Position numbers and translations under genes: made by a program
The notes under the pieces: model-generated
What the model was told of the DNA's origin: nothing
The model's database searches: none
Seen by the model: the letters and a program-made list of their open reading frames with translations, nothing else
DNA from: Bacteroidales bacterium
Lineage (GTDB): Bacteria; Bacteroidota; Bacteroidia; Bacteroidales; VadinHA17
NCBI GenBank assembly: GCA_034004115.1
Contig: JAVEXG010000003.1
Coordinates: forward strand, 4,753-68,752
DNA: 64,000 nt
Direction: 5' to 3'
Shown here: piece by piece, positions 46,801 through 55,965 of the stretch
Layout of the letters: every line of letters starts with the position of its first letter
How positions within the stretch are numbered: position 1 is the stretch's first letter

Positions 46801-48330
46801 GTCGAGCATTCCAAGCATATCCATCTTTATATTCCGGTCGGAGATTTTTATGTTTCCGTCCCAGGTCTTTTCAGTGAAGATTCCGTTGAGGGTAACATTC
46901 CTGTAAACATATTTATTGACTTCAACACTGTCTATTCTGCCTGTAAGTTTACCTGAAATATTTGTTGTTGAGGTTGCATAACCGTCAACATCTGTTTCCA
47001 TGGTCAGTTTGCCCAGCATTTCCTTGTTGTCGGTAAGAAGGCCCAGATCGACATTTTCGCCCTTAACCAGACCCCTGATTCTGAAATTTCCCTTGCCCTC
47101 AGGTCTGAATGAGATGTCGGTTTTCAACGACCCGGCATCTGTTCCGATTTTACCATAGGTAACAAAATCGGTGGTAAAGCCGGTGAAACTACCTGCAAAT
47201 GAGATGTTTCCAAGCTTTCCAATAACATCAGGCAGATTCAGCGCTTTTCCATTCCTGCGTATCATTTCCATATCTGAGGAATTAGTGCTGAGGCTGCCTA
47301 TGCTAATATGGATGAAGGTGTCCTTAATATCAGGCAGACCCGACATGTCAAAATCGCATTCCAGCTTTGTAAAATCCCTGTATGCTATAGATATTCTTCT
47401 GCCGTTTATATCAGACACTGTTCCGGTAATTCTTCCCGATAATTCAACTGACTCTTTAAGGCCTCCGGCTGCCGGAAGAAAGTATCTCAGATCCGAGGCG
47501 CTTATAAGAGATTTTTCCAGGCTGACGTCGAGCCTCACTTTTTCAGTGAAGTCTCCGAATCCATCTGTTTCATCTCCCGAAAGGATCAGATGATTTGCAT
47601 TTATTATTGAACTGTCGAGATACAGGAAGAGATCACTGAATAATATATCCTTCCCGGCAAGTGTCAGGCCGCTGTTCATGCTTCTTACAAGGAAACCTTT
47701 CGATTCCCCGAACCGGATGTCGTTTATTTCAAGCACGGTCGAATCGCCGCGAATCCTTAAATCCTCAGCTTCGCCGGTAATCCCCGACAGACGCAGATTG
47801 TTGAAATCGATAAGGGATTTCCCGGGCTTACGGGTCCTGTTAAGAAGGGTAAATTTCCCGTCTTTTATTGTTATTTTGTTAACAGAAAATTTTGATTCTC
47901 CTTTTTTGACTGTATCCTCCGGTGTTTTTAGCATGTTGAGATACCATGTGAGGTTCATCAGACCCGTTGTGTCAGTAATTAATGCAATTACGGGCTGATC
48001 GATATCCACATGGCCGAGCCTGATATTATTTCCTGCAAAGTCGAGCCTGAGGATGCCCGCAGATATCCTTTGTGAGTAGAGCATTGTATCATTGTTCTGG
48101 TCCTTGATGAGAAGATCGCTTAAAACCAGCTTGTTAAAGAAGGTGTATTCTACCCTGCCAACCGAGATTGTCGATTTTATCCTTTCCGAAAAATGACCGG
48201 TTATCCTGTTCACCATGAACGTCTGGACCTCAGGTATACGCAGAATAATGGAAGCCAGCGTTGGCACCAAAAGGATGATGCCAAACAGTATCATAAGATA
48301 CTTAAATGATTTTTTAATACTTTTGAGCAT
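43849..48330 (-). CDS. tamB: TamB-like translocation and assembly module protein (giant beta-rich periplasm-spanning protein)
   Basis: About 1490 aa. It has an N-terminal TM anchor ('YLMILFGIILLVPTLASIIL'), a long repetitive beta-strand sequence and a DUF490-like C-terminus. The track ORF starts at a TTG at 48357. I prefer the ATG at 48330 ('MLKSIKK...'). Confidence 0.75.
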   Translation of the reverse strand: MLKSIKKSFKYLMILFGIILLVPTLASIILRIPEVQTFMVNRITGHFSERIKSTISVGRVEYTFFNKLVLSDLLIKDQNNDTMLYSQRISAGILRLDFAGNNIRLGHVDIDQPVIALITDTTGLMNLTWYLNMLKTPEDTVKKGESKFSVNKITIKDGKFTLLNRTRKPGKSLIDFNNLRLSGITGEAEDLRIRGDSTVLEINDIRFGESKGFLVRSMNSGLTLAGKDILFSDLFLYLDSSIINANHLILSGDETDGFGDFTEKVRLDVSLEKSLISASDLRYFLPAAGGLKESVELSGRITGTVSDINGRRISIAYRDFTKLECDFDMSGLPDIKDTFIHISIGSLSTNSSDMEMIRRNGKALNLPDVIGKLGNISFAGSFTGFTTDFVTYGKIGTDAGSLKTDISFRPEGKGNFRIRGLVKGENVDLGLLTDNKEMLGKLTMETDVDGYATSTTNISGKLTGRIDSVEVNKYVYRNVTLNGIFTEKTWDGNIKISDRNIKMDMLGMLDFSNELPEFDLTLNLAESNLYRLNFDKSDTTAGLSMLATANFRGNNIDNLFGEIRLLNSTIKKYGNKLDLYDFTLKAFNEGGKPALSVKTDFVDADLRGYYKFGEIGMVLKSALATLLPSKFTAPELSGGLSANEFTYSVRFRNTDKLNNFFKTGLLLSEKSTINGSFYRDSLISVSADAKKLVFKNNTFSNFSLKALYSESEFMADLRSTSVLVLGRADLKEFRAGFNAGSDKFNFDLDWNDRIGKISKGAFISRGSFIPRDDGRTGSFLRIDIDSTDVTTSNKTWTVRKSSILIDSASTKINRFVVSSGAHSYIADGSVSGNQNDTLKLLFNGIDLSPLNSPAKQAENAVKDPLLLDIRGVVNGNIVISSALKNPLIQSDLSIAGFSILGGNYGDVSVISQWNSQKKVADLSARNNLNGLRNFDLSGFYDPGIKQFRIDGVATNLPVHALNPLLSFFASDIKGTVSGRVKVTGAPGELVLTGSLMPENTSLKIDYLQTRYSINDSIRFDRRGIRFRNTGITDEEGNTAVLTGAVYHKSFKDFTVDLTVNMDKNDCLVLNTSQGDNELFYGTAYVSGVTTIKSGPNTLSFDISAKTGSGTSLFIPLNSGMSVSESSFVTFVNHDSAMMAKEKDLKNAASTSTGSSLELNFDLDVTPDAEVQLLIDPKAGDVIRGNGSGKLNISLNRNGEFKIFGDYAIEEGDYLFTLKNILNKKFEVEKGGKISFNGNIESAEIDLTAKYRNIKTSLSPILFPILQDPKYEARIPVEPQLNLSGNLFNPVVGFNIYLPNADEETRTYLRNAITTEEEKSKQFIYLLVMNSFYADPSYRASSGVTGTGTSAMAVTTTEMLSNQLSNWLSQISNDFDVGFLYTPGTKDLSSQQLQVALSTQLLNDKVTINGNFDVTGTETEETPLIGDFDIEYRLTEKLRFKVFNRYNNPYTGKGAPYTQGLGFSLRQDFNKLSDIFKKKSPTEFRKEEEVTVEE

Positions 48331-48391
48331 TAAAATGCCTGAGCGTTCGGGTTTCAAAATAACCTAAAATATACGGAAAATCAAAGGAAGC

Positions 48392-49402
48392 ATGGCGGTT
48401 ACAATACTTGCGATAGAATCATCCTGCGATGATACCTCTGCGGCTGTCATAAGGGACGGTTATATACTCTCGAACCTTATAGCAGGCCAGGACATACACA
48501 TGTCGTACGGGGGCGTTGTACCCGAGCTTGCTTCCAGAGCTCATCAGGCAAATATTGTGCCAGTTGTGGATCAGGCACTTAAAAAGGCCGGGGCCGATCC
48601 TGCTGAAATTGATGCGGTTGCATTTACACGGGGGCCAGGGTTGCTTGGATCGTTGCTTGTAGGCACCTCCTTCGCAAAGGGATTTGCGCTTGCAAGGAAT
48701 ATTCCACTCATCGAGGTGAATCACCTTCAGGCTCATGTGCTTGTGCATTTCATCCTTGCGAAGGACGGAAGGAACAGGCTGCCTGACTTTCCTTTCCTTT
48801 GCCTTCTTGTCTCCGGCGGACATACAAGGTTGATTGTGATGAAGAGCCATCTTGAAATGGAAATAATCGGAAATACAATTGACGATGCGGCAGGTGAAGC
48901 TTTCGATAAGTGCGGGAAGCTCATGGACCTCCCTTATCCGGCTGGTCCGATGATTGATAAGCTTGCGGCACAAGGCAATAAGAAGGCATTCGTTTTTGCA
49001 AAACCCCGGGTAAAGGACCTCGATTTCAGCTTCAGCGGACTTAAGACAAGCTTTCTTTACTTTTTACGCGACAGGCTCAAAGAGGATCAGCAGTTCATCG
49101 AAAAAAACAAAGCTGATTTGTGTGCCTCTCTCCAGGAAACTATTGTAAGCATTCTCATTTCAAAACTTGTGAAAGCTTCTCAACTGACAGGAATAAAGGA
49201 GATTGGCATTGCTGGCGGAGTGTCAGCTAATTCCGGCCTGAGAAACGGCCTTGTCAGGGAAGCGTCCAGAAGGGAGTGGAACCTTTATGTCCCTCCATTC
49301 TCTTATACAACTGATAATGCAGCCATGATCGGGATTACAGGATACTATAAATATCTAAGAGGTGAATTCGCAGGTCAGGATGTTGCCCCGCAGGCCAGTT
49401 AG
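48392..49402 (+). CDS. tsaD: tRNA N6-adenosine threonylcarbamoyltransferase
   Basis: 336 aa. 'ILAIESSCDDTSAAV', 'HMSYGGVVPELASRAH' and 'LLVSGGHT'. Confidence 0.96.
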   Translation: MAVTILAIESSCDDTSAAVIRDGYILSNLIAGQDIHMSYGGVVPELASRAHQANIVPVVDQALKKAGADPAEIDAVAFTRGPGLLGSLLVGTSFAKGFALARNIPLIEVNHLQAHVLVHFILAKDGRNRLPDFPFLCLLVSGGHTRLIVMKSHLEMEIIGNTIDDAAGEAFDKCGKLMDLPYPAGPMIDKLAAQGNKKAFVFAKPRVKDLDFSFSGLKTSFLYFLRDRLKEDQQFIEKNKADLCASLQETIVSILISKLVKASQLTGIKEIGIAGGVSANSGLRNGLVREASRREWNLYVPPFSYTTDNAAMIGITGYYKYLRGEFAGQDVAPQAS

Positions 49403-49480
49403 GCCATTAGTCGAATTCAGCTCTGGCTGCATTGTACGTAACGCTTTACAATATGGAGTTAATGTTCCCGTTAATTCAGC

Positions 49481-49855
49481 ATGAATGAATTGAGGATAGA
49501 GGCTACCAAAAGTTCACCTGAGATACTGTTGAATCCGGAAGGAATGATCAGGATCAAGGGACGGTCGATTCATGAAAAATCTCTGGATTTCTATAAACCT
49601 GTAGAGGATTGGGTAGACTCCTACATTCTTGACCCTGCAGAGGTTACATGCATCGATATGAACCTCGAATACTTCAACAGTGCAAGCGCCAAGTTCATGA
49701 TACAGCTCTTTCAGAAAATCTCCCGCGTCAGGCTGAAAAACAAGAAATTCATTGTAAACTGGTACTATGAAGAGGGGGATGAGGATATATATGAAAGAGG
49801 CGAGTATTTTTCATCCGTCCTTCATATGCCTTTCAATTTCATAAAAACAGCCTGA
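49481..49855 (+). CDS. DUF1987 / SiaC-like regulatory protein
   Basis: 124 aa. 'PEILLNPEGMIRIKGRSIHEKSLDFYKPVEDWV...NLEYFNSASAKFMIQLF' matches my memory of the DUF1987 family. Confidence 0.65.
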   Translation: MNELRIEATKSSPEILLNPEGMIRIKGRSIHEKSLDFYKPVEDWVDSYILDPAEVTCIDMNLEYFNSASAKFMIQLFQKISRVRLKNKKFIVNWYYEEGDEDIYERGEYFSSVLHMPFNFIKTA

Positions 49856-49870
49856 TTTACAGGCTGTTTT
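49844..49870. terminator. bidirectional intrinsic terminator between convergent genes
   Basis: Perfect 10-bp stem aaaacagcct (49844..49853) / aggctgtttt (49861..49870) with a 7-nt loop. The arms are T/A-run flanked. It includes the TGA of the DUF1987 gene. Confidence 0.7.
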
Positions 49871-49893
49871 AGTTACCAGATTCCGTCACGGAT

Positions 49894-51141
49894 TCAGTTC
49901 ATGGAGGGATCACTTACCCTTCCCATGAATAATATTGAATTGGTGGATGTTTCCCTGATTATATACAAAAACGGATGATCCATCCTGAATTCAAGCGGGG
50001 GAGGAGGCATTGAGGTAGTTCCAACTGTCACAACCGTTGCTGCTGCAGCTTCAGTTCCTTCCTCATTTGTCTCGATGAAGGTCTGATGTACGACATCATT
50101 CAGCAGAAGATCATACTGTTCTGAGATATTCGAAAAATCAGCAAACTCAGTGAATGCAATTCCCATTCCCATATCCGAGAGTATGTCCTCCAGGGTTCTC
50201 TTGAATCCGTATTTGAATCTTGGAAAGGACACTTCAACCTCCTGTTCAGCCATCTGGTTAACCCACAGCTCATAATCACTGCTGTTAATGAGAGCAAGTG
50301 TACTGTTCAATCCTTCCTTGTCGTCGGGCAGAATGACATCCATTACATAGTTGCCCTGTCCATAAGGAAATTCGGCTATTTTGAAGCCATTTCCCTCAAA
50401 TACCTTAAAGTCTTTCTTTTGCTTCATCACAGGCACCGTCACCTGTGAGTTTCCGGTAAGGAAGAAAGCTTCATCGACGGTTTTGGACTTGTCAAACTGA
50501 AGTTTCCATTGTCCCTTGAAGTAGATTGCATTGATCAGCAGCATTACAGTATTATCCGGCAATTGATCTATCATTTCCCTGATAAGTCCGTTGGTTTTTT
50601 CTTCGATCCAGCTATTCATCAGGCCGGGGGCTAACGGATCCCCGATGTCAAATGCTTTCGACTCGGCATCATAGTAACTGGTGAGCACGTCGATGAAAGC
50701 CTTTTTTACTTCAAAATCATCTTCTGTCCACACCGAGTTGGCAATTGATATAAGTACCTTCTTGTCAATTGTGAGCAGTGCGCTTGTGAGCGCCTTGTAC
50801 GATTTGTTAAGCGTTTCCTGGTCAATGCCGTTGATCCTGAGAGCTTCCTGCATCGCATCCCTTGTTTCACCTGCAGCACCGTTTATTGTCATGGAAAGTG
50901 CATATGAAATGCTGAGGGGAGAGATCATTACATTCTGAACGGGTTCAGCCTTTTCAATAACCTTACCGAAGATGTCGAATGCGAACTCATTGCCTGATTC
51001 AATAATTATGGCCTGGGCTTCAGTCAGGTCAATGGGCACGGGATCAGTGACCGGATCATCCTCTTTCTTGCTGCACGACAACAAAAACAGCACAATTATA
51101 AGGAGGAAGGTCTGAGATGTAATTTTGATATTCGTCTTCAT
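49894..51141 (-). CDS. serpin-family protease inhibitor, predicted lipoprotein
   Basis: 415 aa from the ATG at 51141. Signal and lipobox 'FLLIIVLFLLSC', inhibitory hinge 'EEGTEAAAAT', and C-terminal signature 'FRMDHPFLYIIRETSTNSILFMGRVSDP'. The track ORF has a 26-codon upstream extension that lacks signal character. Confidence 0.9.
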   Translation of the reverse strand: MKTNIKITSQTFLLIIVLFLLSCSKKEDDPVTDPVPIDLTEAQAIIIESGNEFAFDIFGKVIEKAEPVQNVMISPLSISYALSMTINGAAGETRDAMQEALRINGIDQETLNKSYKALTSALLTIDKKVLISIANSVWTEDDFEVKKAFIDVLTSYYDAESKAFDIGDPLAPGLMNSWIEEKTNGLIREMIDQLPDNTVMLLINAIYFKGQWKLQFDKSKTVDEAFFLTGNSQVTVPVMKQKKDFKVFEGNGFKIAEFPYGQGNYVMDVILPDDKEGLNSTLALINSSDYELWVNQMAEQEVEVSFPRFKYGFKRTLEDILSDMGMGIAFTEFADFSNISEQYDLLLNDVVHQTFIETNEEGTEAAAATVVTVGTTSMPPPPLEFRMDHPFLYIIRETSTNSILFMGRVSDPSMN

Positions 51142-51276
51142 AATCAATCGATTTTGATTAATACTGCCATTTTGCATGGTTCCGTCGGGCCTGTTGCACA
51201 AAAATGGAACCGTTAACATATAACGGTTGGGAGTGACGTTTTGTGACAGATTATGGTCAAAAATCGTGCTGCCTGG

Positions 51277-51837
51277 TTACTTTTTTCTTTTCTGTTTCCG
51301 GTTTGCGTCAATGTACGCCTTGAGATAGATACCTGAGACAGTCAGGAGTATCAGGCTTAAAACAAGAAGAACTATAAAGGAGAAGATTGTAGTTTTTTCA
51401 GTTCCGGGGATTGGATCCCTGAGTCTCAGGACGTATCCAAGGATTGCAAAAAAGAAGATTGTAAGTGAAACTGCAAAGGCAAAAACAGCCGAAGTCAGGT
51501 TGAAAATCCTGGTTGATTTGTAATACTTGCTGTTCTTGAATTGATTGAATGAGCTTCTGGCGTAGTACTGTGCACGCTGGCGCGACCGGTCCTGTCTGTA
51601 TTTTCTCCACTCCTCAACTACCCTGAAATAGTCCTGATCATCAAGTTGTCCCTTCCCGTGGTTTGTCATAAGGAAATCATAAGCCTCAGTGGCTTCAATG
51701 AATTTTTCCTTTGCTCCCGGAGCCTGGTTTATGTCGGGATGATACAGCCTCGCTTTCTTTCTGTAAGCTTTCCTGATGTCTTCAAGCGATGAATTCATCG
51801 GGATGCCAAGCACGCTGTAATAGTCGGATATGAGCAT
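51277..51837 (-). CDS. J-domain (DnaJ-like) membrane protein
   Basis: 186 aa. '[33 protein letters not shown]' with the HPD motif, then two C-terminal TM helices. It starts 18 nt downstream of rnfA on the same strand. Confidence 0.8.
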   Translation of the reverse strand: MLISDYYSVLGIPMNSSLEDIRKAYRKKARLYHPDINQAPGAKEKFIEATEAYDFLMTNHGKGQLDDQDYFRVVEEWRKYRQDRSRQRAQYYARSSFNQFKNSKYYKSTRIFNLTSAVFAFAVSLTIFFFAILGYVLRLRDPIPGTEKTTIFSFIVLLVLSLILLTVSGIYLKAYIDANRKQKRKK

Positions 51838-51855
51838 TCACTTTTCCTTTCGTGA

Positions 51856-52428
51856 TTAGACGATTCCTGTAAATCCCATGAAAGCCAGAGCGAGAATACC
51901 GGCGGTGACCAGTGAAATGGGAACACCTTTCATACCATTGGGAATATCGACGAGTTCAAATTGCTCCCTTAAGCCTGCGAGAATTATTAAGGCAAGTCCG
52001 AAACCAAGCGCTGTAGCTGCTGAGTAAACAACCCCTTCGAGCAGATTGTAATCTTTCTTTATCACCAGAATTGCCACACCGAGAACAGCGCAGTTTGTTG
52101 TGATCAGAGGCAGGAAAATGCCGAGAGCCTGGTAGAGCGGCCTGCTGATCTTCTTGAGAATTATTTCCACCATCTGAACCAGCGCTGCTATCACGAGTAT
52201 GAAGGTGATTGTCTGCATGAAGGAAATGCCAAGTTTGTCAAGGACATAAACCTGGATGAGGTATGTTACAATAGTAGCCAGTACCATCACGAAAGTTACT
52301 GCAGCCGCCATGCCCAGAGCGGTGTTGACTTTGGTCGATACTCCAAGGAAGGGGCACACCCCGAGAAACTGAGCCAGAACGATATTGTTTACCAGGAGGG
52401 CTGAAATTATTATCAGTATGTATTCCAT
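51856..52428 (-). CDS. rnfA: Rnf electron transport complex subunit A
   Basis: 190 aa. 'NNIVLAQFLGVCPFLGVS', a polytopic membrane protein. Confidence 0.9.
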   Translation of the reverse strand: MEYILIIISALLVNNIVLAQFLGVCPFLGVSTKVNTALGMAAAVTFVMVLATIVTYLIQVYVLDKLGISFMQTITFILVIAALVQMVEIILKKISRPLYQALGIFLPLITTNCAVLGVAILVIKKDYNLLEGVVYSAATALGFGLALIILAGLREQFELVDIPNGMKGVPISLVTAGILALAFMGFTGIV

Positions 52429-52439
52429 TGGATGTAGGA

Positions 52440-53021
52440 TTAATTCTGCTTGATCTTATTTACAAGTGCTATCATGTATCCGAGGGCTATAAAGGCTCCT
52501 GGAGCAAGAATGAAAACAAGGATGCCGTCGCCCTGGATGAACTTATGCCCGAAAACAGCGCCGCTTCCGAGGATCTCCCGGAAGGCGCCCAGTATGCCAA
52601 GGGCAAGAGTGAATCCCAGCCCCATTCCGGCCCCGTCGATGAACGATGACCACACTGAGTTCTTGCTGGCAAATGCTTCGGCCCGGCCAAGCACAATGCA
52701 GTTTACAACTATCAGGGGAATGAAGATGCCAAGAGTCTTGTAGAGGTCAGGTACGTATGCCTGCATTACAAGGTCTACAACTGTTACAAAAGAGGCAATA
52801 ACCACTATGAATGCCGGTATCCTGACCTTGTCTGGGATCAACTTTGACAACAGCGATATAACGACATTTGAACCTATAAGCACAAATGTTGTGGCAAGTC
52901 CCATGCCCAGACCGTTCAGTGAGGAGGATGTTGTTGCCAGCGCAGGGCAGGTCCCGAGAACCATAACAAGGATGGGATTCTCCTTCAGTAGTCCTTTTGT
53001 GAAATTTTGAAGCTGATTCAT
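52440..53021 (-). CDS. rnfE: Rnf electron transport complex subunit E
   Basis: 193 aa. '[18 protein letters not shown]', a paralogue of RnfA. Confidence 0.9.
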   Translation of the reverse strand: MNQLQNFTKGLLKENPILVMVLGTCPALATTSSSLNGLGMGLATTFVLIGSNVVISLLSKLIPDKVRIPAFIVVIASFVTVVDLVMQAYVPDLYKTLGIFIPLIVVNCIVLGRAEAFASKNSVWSSFIDGAGMGLGFTLALGILGAFREILGSGAVFGHKFIQGDGILVFILAPGAFIALGYMIALVNKIKQN

Positions 53022-53593
53022 TTTTTGTCTCCTTTCTGAAGCGTGTTATAAGCCCTCTGAACTGCATCGCAGAATGCCCTTGAGCTGATTGTGGCTGCCG
53101 TGATCGCATCAACGGGGCCTCCGTCCTTTTTTACACTCAGTCTGAAATCCGCCGGATTCTTGTTAGTGAACTGATCCTTGAATTCAGGTTCAGCCATCTT
53201 TGTTCCAAGCCCGGGCGTTTCCTTGTGTTCCAGGACGGTTACATTTATTATTGTACCGTCGGGCCTGAAACCTGCCATCAGGGTTATGTTTCCGCTAAAT
53301 CCTCTGTTTGTATAAGTATTTACTGCGTAGCCAATGATCTCATTATCTTTTTTTGCAGGGTAAACCTCAAGGCTGTCTCCTTCGCCGGTGGGAAGAAGGA
53401 ACATTTCATCGTTGGGGTTATTTGTGAAATCAGGCACCACCTGCTTGATTGCATTGAGCTTCTTATTAAGGTTCGACAGGGCAATGGGTTCCTTTGTCAT
53501 TTCATAAACAAACCCCAGCAGCGCTGATGATACCATAGCAATAAGCGTAAGCGAAACCGCCATGTTCCTGAAAGTTGATTCAGTTTTAGCCAT
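53018..53593 (-). CDS. rnfG: Rnf electron transport complex subunit G (FMN-binding)
   Basis: I prefer the ATG at 53593 ('[20 protein letters not shown]...'), which overlaps the rnfD stop by 8 nt. FMN-attachment region '[13 protein letters not shown]'. Confidence 0.82.
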   Translation of the reverse strand: MAKTESTFRNMAVSLTLIAMVSSALLGFVYEMTKEPIALSNLNKKLNAIKQVVPDFTNNPNDEMFLLPTGEGDSLEVYPAKKDNEIIGYAVNTYTNRGFSGNITLMAGFRPDGTIINVTVLEHKETPGLGTKMAEPEFKDQFTNKNPADFRLSVKKDGGPVDAITAATISSRAFCDAVQRAYNTLQKGDKK

Positions 53594-54587
53594 TTTTAAC
53601 CTCCTCCCCAAATCGCCTGGGTTTAATATAAGCATTCATCAGAGGGACAAATGCATTCATAATAAGTATCGCGAAAGATACACCCTCGGGGTATGCCCCG
53701 TAGACGCGTATCACCACTGTTATTATTCCGATCCCGCAACCGTAGATAAGCATCGCCTTCGGCACCATGGGAGATGTAACGTAATCAGTGGCCATATAAA
53801 TTGCTCCGAGAAGGACTCCTCCTGCAAGAATATGAAACATCGGATCGGCATTTTTTTCAGGATTTACAAGCCACAGGATGCCTGTAAATACTGCAATGCT
53901 TCCGACAACGGCAACAGGAATATGCCATGTGATCACTTTCCTCAGCAGAAGCCAGATAAATCCGATAAGCAATGCCGCTGCAGCAACTTCGCCCATCGAT
54001 CCTCCGATGTCGCCGAGGAACATCTGTGCCGGTGAAGGAAGTTGTCCCATGATTTCAGTGAGCGATTGTCCCCTGGCAAGCCCTCCCTTTAATATTGCAA
54101 GCGGCGTGGCACCTGTTACCGCATCCAGGTAACCAGTCCCCAGTCCCTTAGGCACCGGCCATGTTGTCATCTGCACGGGGAACGATATAAGCATAAAAAC
54201 TCTTCCAACAAGTGCGGGGTTGAATGGATTGTTTCCAAGTCCTCCGAAAGTCATCTTGGCGATTGCTATCGAAACAAAGCTCCCGATAACTATTATGAGC
54301 ACAGGGATGTTTGAAGGAAGGTTAAAGGCAAGGAGAATACCTGTCACAAGGGCTGAACCGTCGGTAACTGAGACCGGTTTTTTAAGCACGAACCTCTGTA
54401 TCAGATATTCGAACAGCAGGCAGGAAATAACGGATGTAGCTGTCACAATCAATGCCCCGATGCCAAAATAAAAAACTGAGACAATGAACGCAGGTATAAG
54501 TGCAATTACAACATCGGTCATCAGCTTCCGGGTTGATTCCTTACTGTGCGCGTGGGGAGACGGGGCTATATTCAGCATATTAGTCAT
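53586..54587 (-). CDS. rnfD: Rnf electron transport complex subunit D
   Basis: 333 aa. Polytopic membrane protein. 'SPHAHS' near the N-terminus and the 'DAVTGATPL' FMN site are typical of RnfD/NqrB. Confidence 0.9.
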   Translation of the reverse strand: MTNMLNIAPSPHAHSKESTRKLMTDVVIALIPAFIVSVFYFGIGALIVTATSVISCLLFEYLIQRFVLKKPVSVTDGSALVTGILLAFNLPSNIPVLIIVIGSFVSIAIAKMTFGGLGNNPFNPALVGRVFMLISFPVQMTTWPVPKGLGTGYLDAVTGATPLAILKGGLARGQSLTEIMGQLPSPAQMFLGDIGGSMGEVAAAALLIGFIWLLLRKVITWHIPVAVVGSIAVFTGILWLVNPEKNADPMFHILAGGVLLGAIYMATDYVTSPMVPKAMLIYGCGIGIITVVIRVYGAYPEGVSFAILIMNAFVPLMNAYIKPRRFGEEVKNG

Positions 54588-54605
54588 AGGTCAGATGAAT
54601 TCTGT

Positions 54606-55940
54606 TTATTTTAATACTTTCTGGCGGGCCATTCGTATCACAGTTGACTTGCCGAGCCTGATGTAATCCAGAAGAGGCCTGCCGGCCGGACAGGTAAAAC
54701 TGCAGGAGCCGCACTCCATGCAATCGGTTATTCTTTCCTTTTCGGCACGTTCAAACATGCTCCTTTCCGAAAGTGTCATCAGCAGGTAGGGTTCAAGGTG
54801 TATCGGACACACCGAAACACACCTGGCACACCTGATGCACGGATTGACTGCCTTCCTTACTGCTTCAGCGGCGGGCACGAGAATTATTCCCGACATGCCT
54901 TTTACAACAGGGGCGTCGGTGTTGCTTACAGCCTTGCCCATCATCGGCCCGCCGTTAATGATTTTTCCCGTTCCGTCCGGTATCCCGCCGACAGCTTCCA
55001 GAACCCGTGAAAGGGGAGTCCCTATCCTGACCATGTAGTTGCCGGGCTTTGATACCGATTTCCCGGTTACAGTGACAACCCTTTCGATAAGCGGCTTGTT
55101 TTTCTGAACCGCTTCATAAACGGCAAATGCCGTTCCTGCATTATGGACCACAGCCCCTACATCAACAGGCAGTCTGCCCGACGGGACTTCTCTGTTGATC
55201 AGGGCTTTTATTAGCTGTTTTTCAGCACCCTGGGGATATTTTACCTTGAGTGGGTGAACGGTTATGCCTTTAAATGATGAGGCAAGCGATGTCATGCGGG
55301 CTATTGCATCAGGCTTGTTGTTCTCGATGCCTATCATGGCTTTTTCAACCTTCAGGGCCTTCATAAGGATACTGATGCCAACCAGTATTTCTTCCCCCTT
55401 CTCAAGCATCAGCCTGTGGTCGGAAGTAAGATAAGGTTCGCATTCCACTCCATTGATAATAAGTACACCACATTTTTTTCCTGAAGGAATGTTCAGCTTG
55501 ATGTGCGAGGGGAAGGTGGCACCGCCCATTCCCACTATACCCGATTCAAAGCACTTTTTTACTATATCTTCCGGCGACAGCCTTATGTCCCTTACAATAT
55601 TAGTGCTCCGGTCGATGGTGTCGAGCCACTCATCGCCTTCCACATCTATGAATACAGCATTCTGCTTCAATCCGGAACTGTCGGCGGCAGTCTCTATCTT
55701 GCTTACCTTGCCTGAAACCGATGAGTGAACATTGGCCGATACGAATCCTTTTCCTTCTGCTATAAGCTGACCGGTTTTTACCGTGTCGCCCTTCGCAACA
55801 ACAGGATTGGCGGGTGCGCCAATGTGCTGTGACAAAGGAATGACGACGTTCCCGGGAACCGGAAGATACTCAATCGGAATACCGGCTGTCAGCTTGTTCT
55901 CGGGTGGATGAACACCTCCTGTTGGGAATGTTTTGAGCAC
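54606..55940 (-). CDS. rnfC: Rnf electron transport complex subunit C
   Basis: 444 aa. 'FPTGGVHPPENK', 'GMGGATFP' and two 4Fe-4S motifs ('CIRCARCVSVCP','CMECGSCSFTCP'). The first codon is GTG. Confidence 0.9.
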   Translation of the reverse strand: MLKTFPTGGVHPPENKLTAGIPIEYLPVPGNVVIPLSQHIGAPANPVVAKGDTVKTGQLIAEGKGFVSANVHSSVSGKVSKIETAADSSGLKQNAVFIDVEGDEWLDTIDRSTNIVRDIRLSPEDIVKKCFESGIVGMGGATFPSHIKLNIPSGKKCGVLIINGVECEPYLTSDHRLMLEKGEEILVGISILMKALKVEKAMIGIENNKPDAIARMTSLASSFKGITVHPLKVKYPQGAEKQLIKALINREVPSGRLPVDVGAVVHNAGTAFAVYEAVQKNKPLIERVVTVTGKSVSKPGNYMVRIGTPLSRVLEAVGGIPDGTGKIINGGPMMGKAVSNTDAPVVKGMSGIILVPAAEAVRKAVNPCIRCARCVSVCPIHLEPYLLMTLSERSMFERAEKERITDCMECGSCSFTCPAGRPLLDYIRLGKSTVIRMARQKVLK

Positions 55941-55965
55941 AATTATTCAGTTTAAGTTTTCATTA

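Noticed and set aside
48331-48357. A TTG-initiated 9-codon extension of the TamB-like ORF.
   Set aside because: The ATG at 48330 immediately precedes the basic n-region and TM anchor and leaves a more realistic 61-nt divergent promoter gap to tsaD. The TTG start cannot be excluded.
51142-51219. A 26-codon upstream extension of the serpin ORF.
   Set aside because: The extension has no signal-peptide character. The internal ATG at 51141 yields a textbook lipoprotein signal (K-rich n-region, hydrophobic core, LSC lipobox).
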